32,000 bases of DNA from Methanopyrus kandleri AV19 (lineage in GTDB: Archaea; JAADCQ01; Methanopyri; Methanopyrales; Methanopyraceae), in the NCBI RefSeq assembly GCF_000007185.1, contig NC_003551.1:1080001-1112000 (forward strand), read 5' to 3'. Below are positions 10,497-20,172 of the stretch, piece by piece. The position numbers and the translations under genes are program-made. The notes under the pieces are model-generated. The model made no database searches. It was not told the DNA's origin and saw only the letters and a program-made list of their open reading frames with translations. Numbering within the stretch: the first letter of the stretch is position 1; every line of letters starts with the position of its first letter.

Positions 10497-10760
10497 TCAC
10501 GACCTGAGTCCGAAGAAGGCACTCAGGGAGTAGGTGAGGAGATCGACGAGCAGACCGGCGGTCGTCGTCCACTTGTATGGGCTCCCGTTCACCAGCGCGT
10601 GGTAAAGGACGGCCGGGATCGTCGGGGCGGACGCGGTCACGGTGTGGAACGTGAGGCGCCACATGAGGTCGTGGAGGGCCTCCGGCCGGAGTTCATCCCA
10701 ACCGATGGCCTCGATCAGTCCGTACAGGGCGCCCGCCATCCACGGGGGTAGTCCGGCCAT
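10497..10760 (-). CDS. small membrane-like ORF or 3' fragment of a frame-broken membrane protein
   Basis: MAGLPPWMAGALYGLIEAIGW... hydrophobic helices; the open frame continues upstream of the ATG and fits the preceding frame. Confidence 0.4.
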   Translation of the reverse strand: MAGLPPWMAGALYGLIEAIGWDELRPEALHDLMWRLTFHTVTASAPTIPAVLYHALVNGSPYKWTTTAGLLVDLLTYSLSAFFGLRS

Positions 10761-10916
10761 CTCCGCGGTCAGACGCTTGGTGGCCTCCCTCGAGGACTGG
10801 AGCTTGGACGACGTCTCTCACGGCTTCTTCGAATCCTGACGGTAGGAACGCGCGGAGTCGGGAGAGCGAGAGGACCACGCTCCGGAGTGCGTCCACGACG
10901 TCGTAAGCGAGTACCG

Positions 10917-11960
10917 TCAGCCCGTACAGGAACAGCCCGTAGATGACTCGAAACAGGCACCCGGGAAGTGTCTTGGCGGCCCCGCATCTCGGCAGATATC
11001 GGGACCCACGAGCCATACTAACCCTAACGAGGTTCCTGCGATCGTTCCGGCCGCGAGAAGGTAACCTCCCAACAACAGTTCCGGATGCAAGACGACTCGC
11101 ATGGGTACCGCCGCGACGATCCCGGAGCGCTCGAGGATATGGCGTACGGCCGGATCCGAGGCGCGCTTCACGAGGTTCCAGTAATCCCAAGACGTCGCCC
11201 AATAGTCACCCGACAGTACCTTACCGACGAGTTTCAGGGAGGTGATCACCGCCGGGTCGGCACCCAGTTCCTCGAGGAGCGGCGGTAGCCGTGGGAGGGA
11301 ATCACCCACGATCGTGAATGTGAGTTCGCCGCTGTTCAGATCGTACGCGCAGACGATTCCGTGATCGTCATCCGTCGGTGACCCGCCTACGGGTCCGGCC
11401 AGTCGGCAGGTGCCCGCTCGCAGATCGCAAAGCAGGAGATAACGCTCGACGGGAGCCCGGCTCTTCCCCTGGGAGACCTCGACCGTCCGCGCCTCGGTGA
11501 CCTCCAGCGTGAGCCCGAGTACACCGTCACGGAGTTCCGCGCTCGTGCATCGGACGCTGTAAGCCGCCCGGATGAACGGTGCGAGGACGCGGTCCACGGG
11601 TAACGTTCGGGGTTCGTACACGGTGATCTCGGAGTACCCGACGTCGAACTCGACCCCGTTACGAAGGACCCTCATCGCGTACCGTTCCACGATCGGGGCG
11701 TCTCCCATGGTCAGTCGGAAGCTCCCTAGTAGGTAGATCCGACCGCGGTACGTCACCGCGATAGGGAAACCCACGTAGTGCCGGTTCCCGACTCGGTACG
11801 CGGCCATATCCGGGCTGCCGAGCTCCAGCAGGCACGAGTCGGCGGGAACCTCCACCGTGGATCCGTCCGGCAGGGAAACCGCGATCCGCCCGCCCGTCAC
11901 CGAGACGACGACGTGTTCACGGTACTCGATCAGGACTGCCCGGTGGGTACACGAACACAC
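10917..11960 (-). CDS. hypothetical membrane-associated protein lacking its own signal peptide
   Basis: 347-aa ORF, hydrophobic LLLGGYLLAAGTIAGTSLGLVWLVG near C-terminus; overlaps signal-peptide ORF 11917..12153. Confidence 0.65.
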   Translation of the reverse strand: MCSCTHRAVLIEYREHVVVSVTGGRIAVSLPDGSTVEVPADSCLLELGSPDMAAYRVGNRHYVGFPIAVTYRGRIYLLGSFRLTMGDAPIVERYAMRVLRNGVEFDVGYSEITVYEPRTLPVDRVLAPFIRAAYSVRCTSAELRDGVLGLTLEVTEARTVEVSQGKSRAPVERYLLLCDLRAGTCRLAGPVGGSPTDDDHGIVCAYDLNSGELTFTIVGDSLPRLPPLLEELGADPAVITSLKLVGKVLSGDYWATSWDYWNLVKRASDPAVRHILERSGIVAAVPMRVVLHPELLLGGYLLAAGTIAGTSLGLVWLVGPDICRDAGPPRHFPGACFESSTGCSCTG

Positions 11961-12153
11961 CGCTCACAGATGCCACCTCACCCGGGGCGAACGCCGCGTT
12001 CAGTTCTCGGACCGCTCCCTCCGTGGCCCGTAGGTCGTGAACCCGGCTTATCAGCTTCCCAACGAGCTCAGGTTCCTCCGAGAATTCCACGATCGCCCCG
12101 CTCGCCGGTCCGATCATGATCAAGAGCGCGAGGACGATGGGGATCGGCGGCAC
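11917..12153 (-). CDS. short signal-peptide ORF, possibly the true 5' end of 10917..11960
   Basis: MPPIPIVLALLIMIGPASGAIVEFSEEPELVG...; overlaps the downstream ORF by 44 nt in another frame. Confidence 0.5.
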   Translation of the reverse strand: MPPIPIVLALLIMIGPASGAIVEFSEEPELVGKLISRVHDLRATEGAVRELNAAFAPGEVASVSGVFVYPPGSPDRVP

Positions 12154-12363
12154 ATCGTCAGCCCCTCGGTGGTCACCAGCGTGCGACGATAAGGGTGTTG
12201 ACAGACGGGTTCCTGTGAGTTAACCGCGTGGATGGTGGTACGGCCTCGGCCCGGGTCTGCGACGGGTAAGGCTCTCCGGCGCGTCTTCCTGCTCGTATAA
12301 TATCATAATATGAATACAGAGAGCATAGAAAATGAGGGTATGAAGTCGGAGCCGGCCCGAGAC

Positions 12364-13926
12364 TCAGGGTTTGAGCGACGAGATCCTGATCTCATCCCCT
12401 CCCGGTATCTGCATAGCAGTCTCGAGATACCAATCCACGAGCTCGGCCGCAATGTCCACGTCTTCGGGCTCGACATCGTCGGAGAGACGCATGCGAGCGT
12501 GAGCCTTCGCGAGTCTTTCTACGGACTCGAGCTGTCTCCTAGTCACGGGGAGCGTCGGGAGACCCATCCCGAGGCGCTCCTCGACTTCCTCGCGTCGGGT
12601 CTCGTACCAGTGCTCTAAGCGCTTCCTCGCTTCCTCTGTGAGCTCGGGCTTCGGATGCTCGCGGATCGCGTAGAGGAGATACCTCCGGAGCAGCGTGTAG
12701 CTCGGTACTTCGGTGTCTTGCTCCTCCGGCTCCCCGGGTCGTGGATCGACCCCGAGGAAGGCGATGAGGTCGAAGTGGGAGAGGAAGTCCTGGTCCAGGT
12801 CGATCCGGGCGATCGGAGGATCACTCGGCCACTGCTCACCAGGGTTGATGGCGGCTAGGACGGCGCATCGGGCGTTCAGCGCGATCCCGTCGACGGTTAC
12901 CGTACCCTTGTCCATGGCCTCCATGAGGGCCCACCGATGGGGCTCCGGGGCCCCTTCGAGGTGGTCCACCGCTAGGATACCGCCGTCCGCGAGCACGGCC
13001 GCACCGGCTCTAAGGGCCCAACCCCTGTCCTCCTTCAGGACCGCGGTCAGGTCCGTGAGCTCCGTGCGTCGGAGGTCTACGTACACACCCCGGGGTGCGA
13101 GGTGATCCAGAACGTGGTGTAGGATCTCGGAGCACACGACCGGGTAACCCGCGAGCAGTACGTGCAGACGCTCGCTGTTCTTTCCGACGCATGAGAAGAG
13201 CTGGAGGGCGAGCATCTTACCGACTTCCTCGGCCCCTGGAAGCGGGGCGATCGCACGGGCGAACGTCGTTAGCGGGTCTTTATCCGCGAGCTCGCGGAAC
13301 TCCTCCAGCTCCGCGGGGTCGGGGTGTACCTCCGGGATGGGGTCCTTCTTGTGAACTTCCAGCGCGTCCAACGTCGCCGATCGAACTATCCCGAGGATCT
13401 CGACCCGGAGTCCGGGTCCGAGGCGGTGGCCGTGGAGCCGCACGGCCACCAGCTCCGAGCCCGTGTCGACGATCGCATGTTCCAACCTCTCGGCACCTCG
13501 GACCTCGCGGACTACCCCCTCGATCGAGATGAGGGCTCCGTCCATGGGCCGTATTCTCTCTACCCTCCGGAACCGATGGGGGAGACCTCGGAACCTCACG
13601 CGTGGTTCGACATCCGGGGCCACCGTTCTGACGAGCTCGCGGAGCGCCGGTTCGACCAGCCTGGCATGGGTCGCAATCCAGGATGCTAGATCGGAGTCCA
13701 GCTCGCGGAGGTCTAACACTACCGGCTTACCGGAGGTGACGCGCCTCAGCGAGCGCTGGAACGACTCGGTTCGAACTATTTCGATTAGAACCCGGGTAGG
13801 GAGGCCGAACCTACTCGCGACTTCCCCAATCCTAGCGTCCGGATCATAGGTCGTGGCTCGGGGTGTGGTGCCCAATCGGAACACACCCTCAGAACGTCCT
13901 CGGGATTGCGCCCACGTATCCGACAC
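12364..13926 (-). CDS. MCM-family (minichromosome maintenance) AAA+ paralog with degenerate ATPase motifs
   Basis: RHARLVEPALRELV / DGALISIEGVVREV / DPLTTFARAIAPLPGAEEVGKMLALQLFSCV / APRGVYVDL / ALRAGAAVLADGGILAVDHLEG / LMEAMDKGTVTVDGIALNARCAVLAAINP / LSHFDLIAFLG align by eye with the archaeal MCM core. Confidence 0.8.
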   Translation of the reverse strand: MSDTWAQSRGRSEGVFRLGTTPRATTYDPDARIGEVASRFGLPTRVLIEIVRTESFQRSLRRVTSGKPVVLDLRELDSDLASWIATHARLVEPALRELVRTVAPDVEPRVRFRGLPHRFRRVERIRPMDGALISIEGVVREVRGAERLEHAIVDTGSELVAVRLHGHRLGPGLRVEILGIVRSATLDALEVHKKDPIPEVHPDPAELEEFRELADKDPLTTFARAIAPLPGAEEVGKMLALQLFSCVGKNSERLHVLLAGYPVVCSEILHHVLDHLAPRGVYVDLRRTELTDLTAVLKEDRGWALRAGAAVLADGGILAVDHLEGAPEPHRWALMEAMDKGTVTVDGIALNARCAVLAAINPGEQWPSDPPIARIDLDQDFLSHFDLIAFLGVDPRPGEPEEQDTEVPSYTLLRRYLLYAIREHPKPELTEEARKRLEHWYETRREEVEERLGMGLPTLPVTRRQLESVERLAKAHARMRLSDDVEPEDVDIAAELVDWYLETAMQIPGGDEIRISSLKP

Positions 13927-14997
13927 ACGTTAGCCGTATACGCTTTCCGATCCCCGGTATTCCCATTCTCACAGCTAACAGCACGTTCAGTGTAACTCAC
14001 CGGAATCACCTGTGATCCGGTTCCATCGTGGGCCGTTATGAGTTTCTCGTCCGTTAACATCCGCCGGTGTCCATCGTACGTTGTCGAACGATTTCGGACC
14101 GTCACATTGTTTTCATTCGGTGAGCTCAGACATCGTTCCGGACGCGAACCTTGAAGGGCTCCGAAACTCAGGCTTTGACCTCACGGGCGGTGGTCGGCCC
14201 CCGGTCGGTTCGACCCGTTCACCGCTAACGTGACGTTCCCGTACTCCTGTGACCACTGTTCGGGATGAGGGGTGAAACCACACACGGGCCCGAGACAGTC
14301 AGATGATGAGTCCACGCTACTACAGGGTCGCTACCGGGAGAACACGTCGGTCAACGGTAGCGTCGGTGGGCGTCGTGCCCTGGGTTGATGGCCGCCGTTA
14401 CGCGCGGTTCCGGCACGCTTCACGGATCGTTCCGGACGACTCCGACGGGACACGTCGGCTCCAGGGTGTTCACTGAGGGACGTTCGGATGGTTTCTGGGG
14501 GGAAATCAACCCTGAACATGACACGGAAACGGCCCGATCAGTGCCTTTACTGTTTAGAAATTCGGAGATGGTGTGCCCAAGGCTCCACGGTGGATTCTAC
14601 CCGCTGTAAATCCGAGTAACAACTTCTCCACACTCTCCACACGGGACGTCGCTAGGGCCGGACGGGTGCGTCAGCATGGGGCTAGGCTCGTCATCGGTCC
14701 GCGCCCACCGCTGTCATCACCCGTCGTATTCCCTGAAGTAAGACATGAGGTAGATCGCCCTTAAAAAGGGAGTCGGGATGTGCTATATTTCCGGAGCGTC
14801 CACACCGCCCGTGCGATCGTGCGTATGTGAAGCGCCGGTTCATCGGCGGTACGGCGGTCGATAATGACGACGCGCGGTGAACCCCCGGGTTTTTCATTAA
14901 GTTAACACCCGGGCTCCGTACGCCGCCCGGGAGGAGCGCGTTCCGGTACGGTACGGCGGTGGTCTCTACGGAGAATCGGTAAGGCGATGGTGGCCGC

Positions 14998-15999
14998 GTG
15001 TTGCTCCGTGGGGGATGGCGGTTCTTGAGGTTGAACGCGTTCGTAGTGTACGCACGTCCGAAGGGACCTTCACTCACCGTGGACTCCGGCGTGCTGGAGA
15101 GACTAGGGGCGGGATGTCGAGAAGTCGAGGTCGGCAGTCGTCTGGATCTACCGCTGAAACTCGTCGAGGACGGACTCGTGGAACCCGGACGGGTTACCAT
15201 CTACGTACCGACCACTTGGGGATCGAGAGCCCCCGCTCGGGCTCTGAGTGTGGTGAAACGTATGGAGACTGTCGGGTACGAGGTGCACGTGCTGGTGGGC
15301 ACCGAAGGGGGCTCGGGAAGGCTTCCCGAAGGATTCCCGGGGGAAGTTCGGGTCGAGAACGTTAAGCGAGATCTTTCGGGTATTCTGAAGCTCTCTGACG
15401 ATATTTTCGGACTCTTCTGGTCGGAAGGTTCGCTCCTCCTGGATCTCGGGTGGGCTCGCGATCCGGGGCCACGATCCGACCTCGCGATACTCACCGTTTC
15501 CACGCTGGTGGCGCTGAAGGTCGTCGAAAACACCTCCGGGGAGAGGCCGCTCGAGCGAACGGTGATGATGATGGAGGTCGATCGTAGGCTCGTGGACGCC
15601 TCGGAGCTCTTACACGCGCTCATGGTGGCGCTGGACCTCGCGTACTTCCCGATCGCTCCGGATCTGGGTCGCACGGTTCGAGAAGGTATCGAGGAGCTCC
15701 TGGAAGGACTCGAAGGATCGGAACGTGAGGAGCTGAGGAAAGCCGCGGACGCCTTCGAGAGGCTCTCCGGGAGCGTTCTCGATGCGTTCGAGCTCGGAAG
15801 GGTCGAGATACCGGATCGTCCGGGCATCCTCCGGGAGTTGCTGGAGTACCGGCTGCGGGGTCTCTCCCCGGCGATGATCGATGGAGAGTTCCCCAGGAGG
15901 GCTAAGAGGATGTTGAAGAAGGTCAGGAGAAGGCTCAAGCGGGGGGACGGGCGCCCGGACGACACCTCCTCCGAGCGTCCGAAGCGCCCGAAGATCTGA
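14998..15999 (+). CDS. orphan family protein, paralog of 27532..28419
   Basis: Shared blocks: VEPGRVTIYVP..., GYEVHVLV, LLLDLGWA...TVSTLVALKVVEN.SGE, LVDASELLHALMVALDLAYFPIAPDLGRTVREGIEELLEGLEG. Confidence 0.8.
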   Translation: MLLRGGWRFLRLNAFVVYARPKGPSLTVDSGVLERLGAGCREVEVGSRLDLPLKLVEDGLVEPGRVTIYVPTTWGSRAPARALSVVKRMETVGYEVHVLVGTEGGSGRLPEGFPGEVRVENVKRDLSGILKLSDDIFGLFWSEGSLLLDLGWARDPGPRSDLAILTVSTLVALKVVENTSGERPLERTVMMMEVDRRLVDASELLHALMVALDLAYFPIAPDLGRTVREGIEELLEGLEGSEREELRKAADAFERLSGSVLDAFELGRVEIPDRPGILRELLEYRLRGLSPAMIDGEFPRRAKRMLKKVRRRLKRGDGRPDDTSSERPKRPKI

Positions 16000-16227
16000 C
16001 GGGGATCCGCGATCGACCGTCCGAGGTACGTCGTCGTTCTCGGCCCGGCGGTCACCGGGGATCACGCCGCTCTTCCGGCGAGTCACGGGCCATGCTAGTT
16101 CTTCCCGCGTGGGACGATATGTTAAGCCATCGTATCGGGAACAAACTCTTTAGGGAAAGTTAATCTCGGCAGCGGATCGCCGGTCACTATCGAAGGGTAC
16201 CGTCACCGACCGCCGGGGGTGGCGCGG

Positions 16228-17245
16228 GTGAAGGTCACCGTGTACGGGTGCGGGGACGAGAACATGATGGTGAAGCTGATCGAACCACTTGGAGGTGCAC
16301 TACGAACTACCCCTGGGTGGGGCACACCTGGCGTATCGGGCGGCGGAGGCCGGACATGACGTAGTCCTGTGCGACCCCTCGTTCGACATCTCCGAGGAGT
16401 CGATGGAGCGGTTGGAGTCGGCCGGTGTGGAACTCGTGACGGACGATACCGCAGGTGTGGAGCACGGTGAGATCCAGATACTGTTCACGCCGTTCGGTCA
16501 TACGGTGAAGATCGCCCGAGAGTTGCTCGACGACGTCCGTGAGGGGGCCGTTCTCTGCACGACGTGCACGTGCCCACCGATCGCCCTGTACCACGGCCTG
16601 GAGGGGGAGCTTCGCACGAAAAGGGAGGACGTCGGTGTCTCCTCCTTCCACCCGGCCGGGATCCCGGGGGCGGAGACACAGGACCTGATCCTGGTGGCGG
16701 ACGCGCGGTCCGAGGAGTCGGGGATCGAGCTGGCGTCGGAGGAACAGGTCGAGCGGTGCGTAAACCTCGCGGAGGACATGGGGTACGACGTTTACGTCCT
16801 GGATCCCGAGCTTATCTCATCCATCGGTGACATGTCCGTCGTCCTTACCGTGCGTATAGTCCAGGCGATCTGTAACTACTTCTCGGTAGCGAGGATCTGC
16901 GGTGCACCCATCGAGATGATCGAGGAACAGGTGGAAGAGGTGCTGTCGACCATGGCGTACCTAGTCGGGAGGTACGGGCTGGACGCGTTCGATCGGATGG
17001 ATGGGAAGCTGCTGCTGAGGTCGCTGCGGAACATGGCGCTCACGGAGGACGTCGAGCGGGTCGTGGACTTCTTCGAGCGGTGCTACGTGGACTTGCTGAG
17101 CGGTGACCGGGAGAGCATGCGAGAACTGAGCTCCATGATGGTGCCTCCGGACAAGCTGGTGGACCGCGTCCGGGAGATCGTGGGAGAGGCGCCGGTCCAG
17201 TACGCCCGGCGGAGGTTCTTCGAGGAGCGGCGATGGGGCTCGTGA
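16228..17245 (+). CDS. Hmd-family (HmdII-like) paralog, with an apparent frame break near 16280-16300
   Basis: AGHDVVLCDPS; AVLCTTCTCPPIALYHGLEG...DVGVSSFHPAGIPG; the first ~20 residues VKVTVYGCGDENMMVKL lie in a different frame (GTG at 16228) from the 16289..17245 ORF. Confidence 0.75.
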
Positions 17246-17549
17246 ACCGCCCTTTCCTCGGGTCGCCATCCACGATCCGGTGCCGGTCGCCCTTTCGGGG
17301 GATCCGAACGGTGAGGGAAAAACGGTCGTGGGTTAGGAAACGCATCAATATGGTTTTAATCATCCCGAATGGTGTTTCCTTTCTTTAATCCTAGTATCTT
17401 CATCGCGGTCTCCGGACGGTCCGTAGGTCGTGGGTTGGACCCGACGAGACCGCCGCACGATCCGACTACGCGCATCTCGGGCCCCGACCCCACCTCCATC
17501 GAAGCCGGAGCGGAGTAGGAAGGGGGTCCGCCCGGGCGTCGAGGGCGGA

Positions 17550-17834
17550 CTAAGGCCCCTGAACCCGCCGCAGCGCTTCTTCCTCCAACCGTCGGATGTT
17601 GCGCTCAGCCCTCCGTACGCCCAGATAATGGCAGTAGACTCCGGCTCCCCAACCGAGCACCGGCCAGATCACCCAGATGACCCGCGGTGTCAGGGTCAGG
17701 TTCATCACCACCATGGCCACGCAGCCGATCAAGTAGATAGTCAAGTGCGCGCGGAACCCTTTGAGTGCCTCTTCGTAGTACAGCTCACGGAACGTCTCGC
17801 GGTACTCGTCGAGCTCGGATGTTTCGGAGGACAC
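17550..17834 (-). CDS. 2TM-domain protein
   Basis: FRAHLTIYLIGCVAMVVMNL...WVIWPVLGWGAGVYCHYLGV pattern typical of the 2TM domain family. Confidence 0.7.
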   Translation of the reverse strand: MSSETSELDEYRETFRELYYEEALKGFRAHLTIYLIGCVAMVVMNLTLTPRVIWVIWPVLGWGAGVYCHYLGVRRAERNIRRLEEEALRRVQGP

Positions 17835-18202
17835 CGTAGCCCCCCGAAACCGCCGCGTCGATCCTGATAAGGCCCCCGGCTCTGGGCCGACCGAACACGA
17901 CTTACGGTACTCAAAAGCCTCTCCTTTTCAAGCCGGAGGACGGTGCGGAGGGACACCCACCGAGCGGGTCGAAGACGTGTGGAGTCCGGGCCGATCCCGA
18001 GGACGTGATCCGAACCGGTCGTCCCGGACCCTCGTCCTTCATGTTATCTCCGTCAAGTTACGTTACGGACCGCCCGGAACTCGGGATTGGCACCCCCGAC
18101 GGCCCGCCGGGATCGACCGGGCGCGTCCCCGTAACTTTTTCGTGCTCTAAAGTCGTGGTCGGCCGTACCGGTTACTACGGGGGTTACGGCACCGAGTTGA
18201 GG

Positions 18203-19186
18203 ATGATCGCGATCTACGACTTAGGGTGGTTCTCCCGGGCCCTGCTCGCGGATGCGACGGTCGCGGTGATCGGCCTGACGATCGTCGCGACACTCATCGC
18301 TTACCTCGGGCTAGGTGGACCGCTCCGACCGTCGCTCGCCGTCGGGGCGGCCGCCGGGGCCCTTGGGCTCGTGATCTACTGGTACGGCACGCTCCTGGCC
18401 TCTTCATGCCGGATACGCGGCGTCGGCCGCACGGACTGGGGCGTGGTCGTGGGAGTGAAGTGCCGGACATCGTCCGTGGCCGTGGTCGGGATCTTGGGAG
18501 AGGGTGAAATCGGTGTCGAGAGGGGCCGGATCGTGAAGCGTGAGACCCAGTACGGTCTCTGCCTGTACAAGCTCGTGTTGCCCCGCGGTGAGGGCCTCCT
18601 CTGGGTGTACGGTCAACCCGAGGGGCTGGTGGTGGCCACCGTCGGGAACGGGGTCGCGGTGTTCTCCGACGACCTTCCCCGGGTCCTCTACTTGGGTGTG
18701 ATCGCCACCGGTAGCCTGCTGGAGTGGTTCCTGGACGTCGTCATGCCGTTCTCGACCCTGGCCGACCTCGCGATGGAACCGGCCTGGAGGATCGTGAGGG
18801 AGTCGAGCTCGATCAGCTGCGCCCCGTCGTGGGACAGGCTCGCGCGGGAGGTCGCGGTGGATCCGGGGATGACGGCCCGCGCCCTCGAGGGTAGGGTCGC
18901 ACTGGTCCACCGCGACGTCGCGCTGTTCTTCCTCTCGGTGCTCATCGTCGTACTGGGAGTACCCGTGGCGCTGTCGGTGTTGTCGGGATACGGCCCGGTC
19001 CTATACGAGCTGATCGAGCCGTTGGTGGCCGTCCTGCAAGGCGTCTGCGGGGGAACGTTCCCCGTCCTGATCTGCACGCTCCTCGCCGCGCTGCTCGTGG
19101 GTTACGCGGTCCTCCTACTGACGTCCCCGCTGCTCCTGACGTACGTCGGGTTCGTGACCCGGCTGACCGCGGACCGTCACGCGTGA
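18203..19186 (+). CDS. multi-pass membrane protein of unknown function
   Basis: About five hydrophobic segments; the longer ORF starts at 18005 but ATG 18203 (MIAIYDLGWFSRALLADATVAVIGLTIVATLIAYLGLG) fits a membrane protein better. Confidence 0.7.
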   Translation: MIAIYDLGWFSRALLADATVAVIGLTIVATLIAYLGLGGPLRPSLAVGAAAGALGLVIYWYGTLLASSCRIRGVGRTDWGVVVGVKCRTSSVAVVGILGEGEIGVERGRIVKRETQYGLCLYKLVLPRGEGLLWVYGQPEGLVVATVGNGVAVFSDDLPRVLYLGVIATGSLLEWFLDVVMPFSTLADLAMEPAWRIVRESSSISCAPSWDRLAREVAVDPGMTARALEGRVALVHRDVALFFLSVLIVVLGVPVALSVLSGYGPVLYELIEPLVAVLQGVCGGTFPVLICTLLAALLVGYAVLLLTSPLLLTYVGFVTRLTADRHA

Positions 19187-19189
19187 TCT

Positions 19190-20172
19190 TCAGGCCACCA
19201 GGAGCTTCAGCAGCCTCCCCATGGTACTGCCGGGCCTCTTGAGGAGCGCCGTCGGGGGGACGGCGGCCTTCCCCAGTCGATCGTGGTCGGGCGAGGTGAT
19301 GTACACCTCCTCCACGTCGGTGCGTGAGAACAACTCTGTCAGCCTGTTCCGCTCGCGCTCCGGGTCTATCCCGTACTCGAACACGTACACCCAGTCCCCG
19401 AGCCTCTCCAGCGCTCTCAGCTTCGCCTCGAAGACGTTCCCGGGCGTGGGCCTCCCCTCCTCGTCCGCGACCACGTTCTCGACGACCACCCCGAACCCGT
19501 AGCGGTCCTTGAGCTCGGCGAGCCTCCGGTCGAAGACGGCGTCCCGGCGTTCACGTAGACTCTCAGGCCGAGGTCTCGCGCCGTCCGGAGGAGCTCCTCC
19601 AGCGCCCGGTAGGACCGACCCTTCAGCTCGTCGACGTCCCCGCCGGTTTCACGGTGGAACCACTCGACGTACCAGTCCCGCGACCAGGGATCCACGACGT
19701 CGATGAACACGCCCTCGTAGCCGAGGTCCCGTAACTCCTTGAGCTTAGCGCGGAGGGCGTCGAGCCAGGCGCGCTCCCAGAACCGGACGGCGTGGTCACC
19801 TGGCCACTCCGGATCGGGGCGTCCCAGGAGCCTTTTGCTCCGCGTCAGACGGTACAGGTCCCTCTGGTGCTCGCCGACCGTGGCGAGCGATAGGTACGCG
19901 ACGGGCTTTACGCCGTGCTCACGCAGGGTCCGGAGCTCGTCCTCGGTCCAGGGCCGGTCACCGGGACCGCAGTAGGGATCGACGACGAGCGTGCGCGGAC
20001 GCTTCTCGAGGATCACCCGAAGGTTGACGTCCTGCCAGTACGTCGCGAGCGGCACGCCGTGATCGATCACTGTAAAGGCCAAGAAGATCGTCAGGAGCGG
20101 CTTCAGCGAGGTGCATTCCCCCGGCGGTTCCGTGTGGACGGGTTCGAAGCTGTGTGCGGGTCCGACGGACAC
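19190..20172 (-). CDS. GH114/TM1410-like (endo-alpha-1,4-polygalactosaminidase-like) protein, frame-broken near 19540
   Basis: GVKPVAYLSLATVGEHQRD, LGYEGVFIDVVDPW, LGLRVYVNAG, then in another frame DAVFDRRLAELKDRYGFGVVVENVVADEEG...VYVFEYGID...VYITSPDHDRLG. Confidence 0.7.

Noticed and set aside
14306-14325. ATGATGA box C-like element as a C/D box sRNA
   Set aside because: No convincing box D/D' partners or stem at the proper distance.
15201-16055. 284-aa minus-strand ORF opposite the 15 kb orphan
   Set aside because: Ser/Arg/Pro-rich antisense translation without recognisable motifs, whereas the plus-strand ORF has a paralog in the same window.
17430-17867. 145-aa plus-strand ORF
   Set aside because: Antisense to the 2TM-domain gene and lacks coherent composition.
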